A stretch of DNA of 11,069 nt, from contig DXJL01000032.1 in assembly GCA_019057635.1 (NCBI GenBank), positions 1 through 11,069 on the forward strand. The letters are read 5' to 3'. Of this stretch, positions 8,085 through 11,069 are shown piece after piece (within the stretch, counting starts at the first letter, position 1; each line of letters starts with the position of its first letter). The DNA comes from Candidatus Heimdallarchaeota archaeon (GTDB taxonomy: Archaea; Asgardarchaeota; Heimdallarchaeia; Hodarchaeales; Hodarchaeaceae). The notes beneath the pieces are model-generated. The model searched no databases. It saw only the letters and a list, made by a program, of their open reading frames with translations, and was not told the DNA's origin. Both the position numbers and the translations under genes were made by a program.

Positions 8085-8135
8085 ACATATATACCTCGGT
8101 ATACACGTTTCTTATCTAAACCAGCCTTTGACGAT
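8085..8135 (+). repeat. Module-boundary repeat, copy D
   Basis: AC-ATATATA-CCTCGG-TATACAC-GTTTCTT-ATCTAAACCAGCC-TTTG-ACGAT; 39/51 identical to copy C. Confidence 0.88.
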
Positions 8136-8296
8136 ATTGAACTTAGGAATTAACGAAAGGATATTAAATCAAAAATCTCAATCACCCATAAATTAAGTCT
8201 TTTCTAACCACATCAAGGAGATGTCAATTGTCTTCATTTTCTTCAAAGGGAAAAATTGCTCATCAAAGATTAGACTAGACCTTAGAGGAGAGGAAT

Positions 8297-9082
8297 TTAG
8301 TGCAAAATCATCGACGCTCCGATTAAAGCAAAATCTTCTGAAATTCTTGATACATCACGACGTAAACCATCAAGGTAGACTTCATTTTTCCATTTTTTGG
8401 GAAAAATTTCCAAAAGGTTGGGTTTAATTCTCTGAATACCCGGGATATTCTCCTCATATATGCTATTTGTAGATTCTAATGCGATTTCATTCACAAAGAT
8501 ATTATTAAAAAATTCACAAATGAGAACTCTCATAGGTGCAGGAGAGTAGTAAAATTCTTCTTTTTTTTCCGTTGCTTTTCTTAACATAACCAATGGTTCC
8601 TTGAGTGGAAAAACGAGTTGTGTTAATATTTTACCTCGCTCAAAAGCTTGACGACTTTGTCCTGCATAATCTTCTTGAACTTGTAATGCATTAAAAGAGA
8701 ACTCTAGGAGATTATCACCCGAAATCATGAAATCATTGAAAGGAGGAAACACGAATGGTTCTGTATTGAAGTGGTTATTGAGCCATTTTTCCTCTGGAAT
8801 GACAAGACCAGTTAAATACCTATTATCTGTTGTTATTTTCTTTCCCAAAGAGAATTTAGTCCAATATATCCCTACTCCATGAAGTAAGATATATGAAAGA
8901 TTATAAAGTATCAAACGTGAAAAATCCACAGGAATAAAAATGACACTGGAAGTTTTAATGGATTCAACGTCTTGATTCTTATAAAACCACTTGATATCTG
9001 CCTGCTTGTCAGGATCAGCAAAGGAAATCCAATCTGATATTACGACTAATGATCTTAACAGTCCTAAAGGTTGCCTTCTCAT
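8297..9082 (-). CDS. Hypothetical protein (261 aa, soluble)
   Basis: Long ATG-started ORF in AT-rich DNA; no family recognised. Confidence 0.75.
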   Translation of the reverse strand: MRRQPLGLLRSLVVISDWISFADPDKQADIKWFYKNQDVESIKTSSVIFIPVDFSRLILYNLSYILLHGVGIYWTKFSLGKKITTDNRYLTGLVIPEEKWLNNHFNTEPFVFPPFNDFMISGDNLLEFSFNALQVQEDYAGQSRQAFERGKILTQLVFPLKEPLVMLRKATEKKEEFYYSPAPMRVLICEFFNNIFVNEIALESTNSIYEENIPGIQRIKPNLLEIFPKKWKNEVYLDGLRRDVSRISEDFALIGASMILH

Positions 9083-9372
9083 TTTAACTCAGCTTTTTAA
9101 ACATCTAAACTAAGAAAGTTCTTCTAATTATATAGATTAGCTTTGTCGATATATATCCTTGAGTATTAGATATTCGGGTAAGTTTCACTTTCTATGAGCC
9201 CACAGTGTGGTTATTTCTCAGTCAGGATTGAAAAGATCCCGAACTCTTTTTTTAAAGGGTTATTTGACAAATTCAGTCATGAACACTTATGTAGAAGACT
9301 TCTTTCTTCTCTTATTCTTCATATAATATCTCCAACTCTTAGTCATGTCACTTTTGTATTACAATTGATTAT

Positions 9373-9861
9373 ATGAGGGGATGTTCCAACAATATCAAAG
9401 AAAGTGTAATTCAAGAATACTTACATAATAAAAATGTCTTGGATGTGAATGCTACGGCCCCCCAAAAACAGATAATCATTGAAAAAGCCGAGCTTAAAGA
9501 ATTAAAGATGTATTCTGAAACTTCTGAAACGAGTATCAAGGTAATTTGGCAGATCCTCAAGCTAATGCAAGAAGAGCTGGGCTTACCAAGAAACATGTCA
9601 ATTAAAGATCTTAATTTACTCTATATAAGGCTGGAAGAGGTGAAAAAGGCCTTAGATCTTCAGGTCATGAATTTCAGTCAGCTGAACCAATTAAATTTTG
9701 AGATATTAAAATTACAAGAAATTATGAATTTTTCTGATGAGACTCCAATATCAACCATAATTACTGAACTTTCAGAAGAAAAACTGGTCAATCTAGGAAG
9801 AGACTCGCTTCTCGGGAAAATAATTCTTTTTAATCAGCTTAAATTAAAAACCGATGAATAA
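9373..9861 (+). CDS. Hypothetical alpha-helical protein (162 aa)
   Basis: L/E/K/Q/N-rich ORF divergent from 8297-9082; no family recognised. Confidence 0.65.
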   Translation: MRGCSNNIKESVIQEYLHNKNVLDVNATAPQKQIIIEKAELKELKMYSETSETSIKVIWQILKLMQEELGLPRNMSIKDLNLLYIRLEEVKKALDLQVMNFSQLNQLNFEILKLQEIMNFSDETPISTIITELSEEKLVNLGRDSLLGKIILFNQLKLKTDE

Positions 9862-10039
9862 TCATTGTAAGCATGTCAATTCATCTCTTTAAATCCCTTA
9901 TTTCACAATGGGTGCTAGGTCTAGATATTTTTCCAAGCTCTAAAATAAAAATTGTTTCATTATCTCCAAACTAACCAATGATGTTGCATTTCTAGTAGAA
10001 TGATACCGTGAGAACGGGTATTTTTATCTATTATATTTT

Positions 10040-10180
10040 TCAGGACCCTTTCATTTTCTCGACAGATTTCAATTCTAGCGGTTTAATGACAATTTCACCC
10101 TTATATTTTAGATATTTTACAGTTTCACTCAAAATTCTTCGATCGCAGGCATCTGGTGTTATTTTTCTTTCATCCACCAT
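10040..10180 (-). CDS. Possible small protein (46 aa)
   Basis: Manual translation MVDERKITPDACDRRILSETVKYLKYKGEIVIKPLELKSVEKMKGS, with GAGG upstream; too short to appear in the ORF track. Confidence 0.35.
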   Translation of the reverse strand: MVDERKITPDACDRRILSETVKYLKYKGEIVIKPLELKSVEKMKGS

Positions 10181-10685
10181 TGTAAATATTCCTCATTAGT
10201 TACAGCTATGAATCCCAATTTTAAAAAGATCTGAATAATTTAACTGTATATCTACACGCGAATTGTATCGAAATTTCGTTCGCTATTCTAATCAGTAGTC
10301 TGTTTTTAATTGTTCAGTATTCTCTTGAATAAGAGAATCCTACATCAATTCTAATAAACAAACGTACATTAGAAATTGTGGTCTCAAAAATCGTCCGCAT
10401 GTTAAATTTCCCCGCAATACTACTCCACTAGCACGACCAGCTGAATATATCAATGCTCACATTGCCGATTATACCAGATATTAGAGAACCAGATGTATAA
10501 GTAAGAATCCTAAACAGTACACCAATTACAAAGAGATGTATAAAGAAATAACCAATAAAATGATATATTTTATCTCACATTCTTTGCTTTCTTTTCGCAG
10601 GAATTCTAATTCTAGCAAGTGTCAAAAAGAGATTGAATTTAAGAGATTTTATTTCATCCTTTATTGGTTCGTAGGCTGGTATATA

Positions 10686-10912
10686 CCGTTCTGAAAGACT
10701 TACCCAACTAGGACAGTTAGGAATAATTTGGAAAGATAATTCTTAACTATCTTTGGAGCTGTTCTTCCTGATTCAGCGACGCGAGCCTGCATTAATGCAG
10801 GTCTTACCGCCTCTCCACAGGCGTTTATGGTCTCCGCAGAACTCTCGGCGACAGGAAAGACACATGGCTTTCCTGATTGACTAGCAGCTTTTCTTCTTAT
10901 AAACCTACTAAG
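10686..10912 (-). mobile_element. Non-autonomous IS607/TnpB-family remnant (omega-RNA-like scaffold plus right end)
   Basis: GC-richer structured island. The minus strand reads CCGAGAGTTCTGCGG..AACGCCTGTGGAGAGGCGGTAAGACC..GTCGCTGAATCAGGAA..TGTCCTAGTTGGGTAAGTCTTTCAGAACGG and translates as INACGEAVRP, typical of TnpB C-terminal tails. It ends in GG as IS607 elements do. The left boundary is uncertain. Confidence 0.65.
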
Positions 10913-11069
10913 CCCTGTAATCGAAAACAAATTTGCTGGTTTCCCGTTATTCTAATATCAAGAGGTTATATAGCGCGTCATTTTAGATATAATCCCATGA
11001 GATCGGTTGAACACTCTGTTAATCATATATTTTAATCTCTACCCCCTTCTCCTAAGATATCCGGCCTTC

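Noticed and set aside
2348-8135. Repeats as a CRISPR array or classical integron attC sites
   Set aside because: Spacing is 1-3.4 kb and contains genes; there are no cas genes, no RYYYAAC/GTTRRRY ends and no long attC hairpin.
8221-8427. 68-aa + strand ORF with GGAG upstream
   Set aside because: Overlaps the 261-aa gene antisense by about 130 bp and has no recognisable motif.
9194-10199. Short ORFs 9194-9376, 9411-9596 and 10008-10199
   Set aside because: Short with no motifs; the latter two are antisense to better candidates.
10700-10930. 76-aa - strand ORF as a real protein
   Set aside because: Better explained as a TnpB tail or omega-RNA scaffold read in frame; TTG start and no nuclease domain.
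10982-11009. TTTAGATATAA resembling one arm of the Thermococcales dif site
   Set aside because: No matching second arm after a 6-bp spacer.

Overview
AT-rich window of probable archaeal origin (archaeal-type asd and asparagine synthetase; an Asgard-like host is plausible but cannot be shown from the sequence alone). The left end is housekeeping: the 5' part of asd, an AsnRS-paralog asparagine synthetase and a divergent Lrp/AsnC regulator. From about 2.3 kb the region is accessory and is cut into modules by four same-orientation copies of a ~51-bp intergenic repeat (2348, 3685, 7100, 8085). The repeat has a 7-6-7 inverted core (GTATATA-N6-TATATAC) and a conserved ATCTAAACCAGCC-N4-ACGA tail. 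The modules carry (i) a gene fragment plus a YdjM-like membrane hydrolase, (ii) a complete NikR-regulated NikMNQO/CbiMNQO ECF transporter with a candidate operator, (iii) an MNT-HEPN toxin-antitoxin pair and (iv) hypothetical genes. Near the right end is a protein-less IS607/TnpB-type right end and omega-RNA-like scaffold whose predicted guide (TATATACCAGCCTACGA) resembles the module-boundary repeat. No recombinase or TnpB gene is present in the window.
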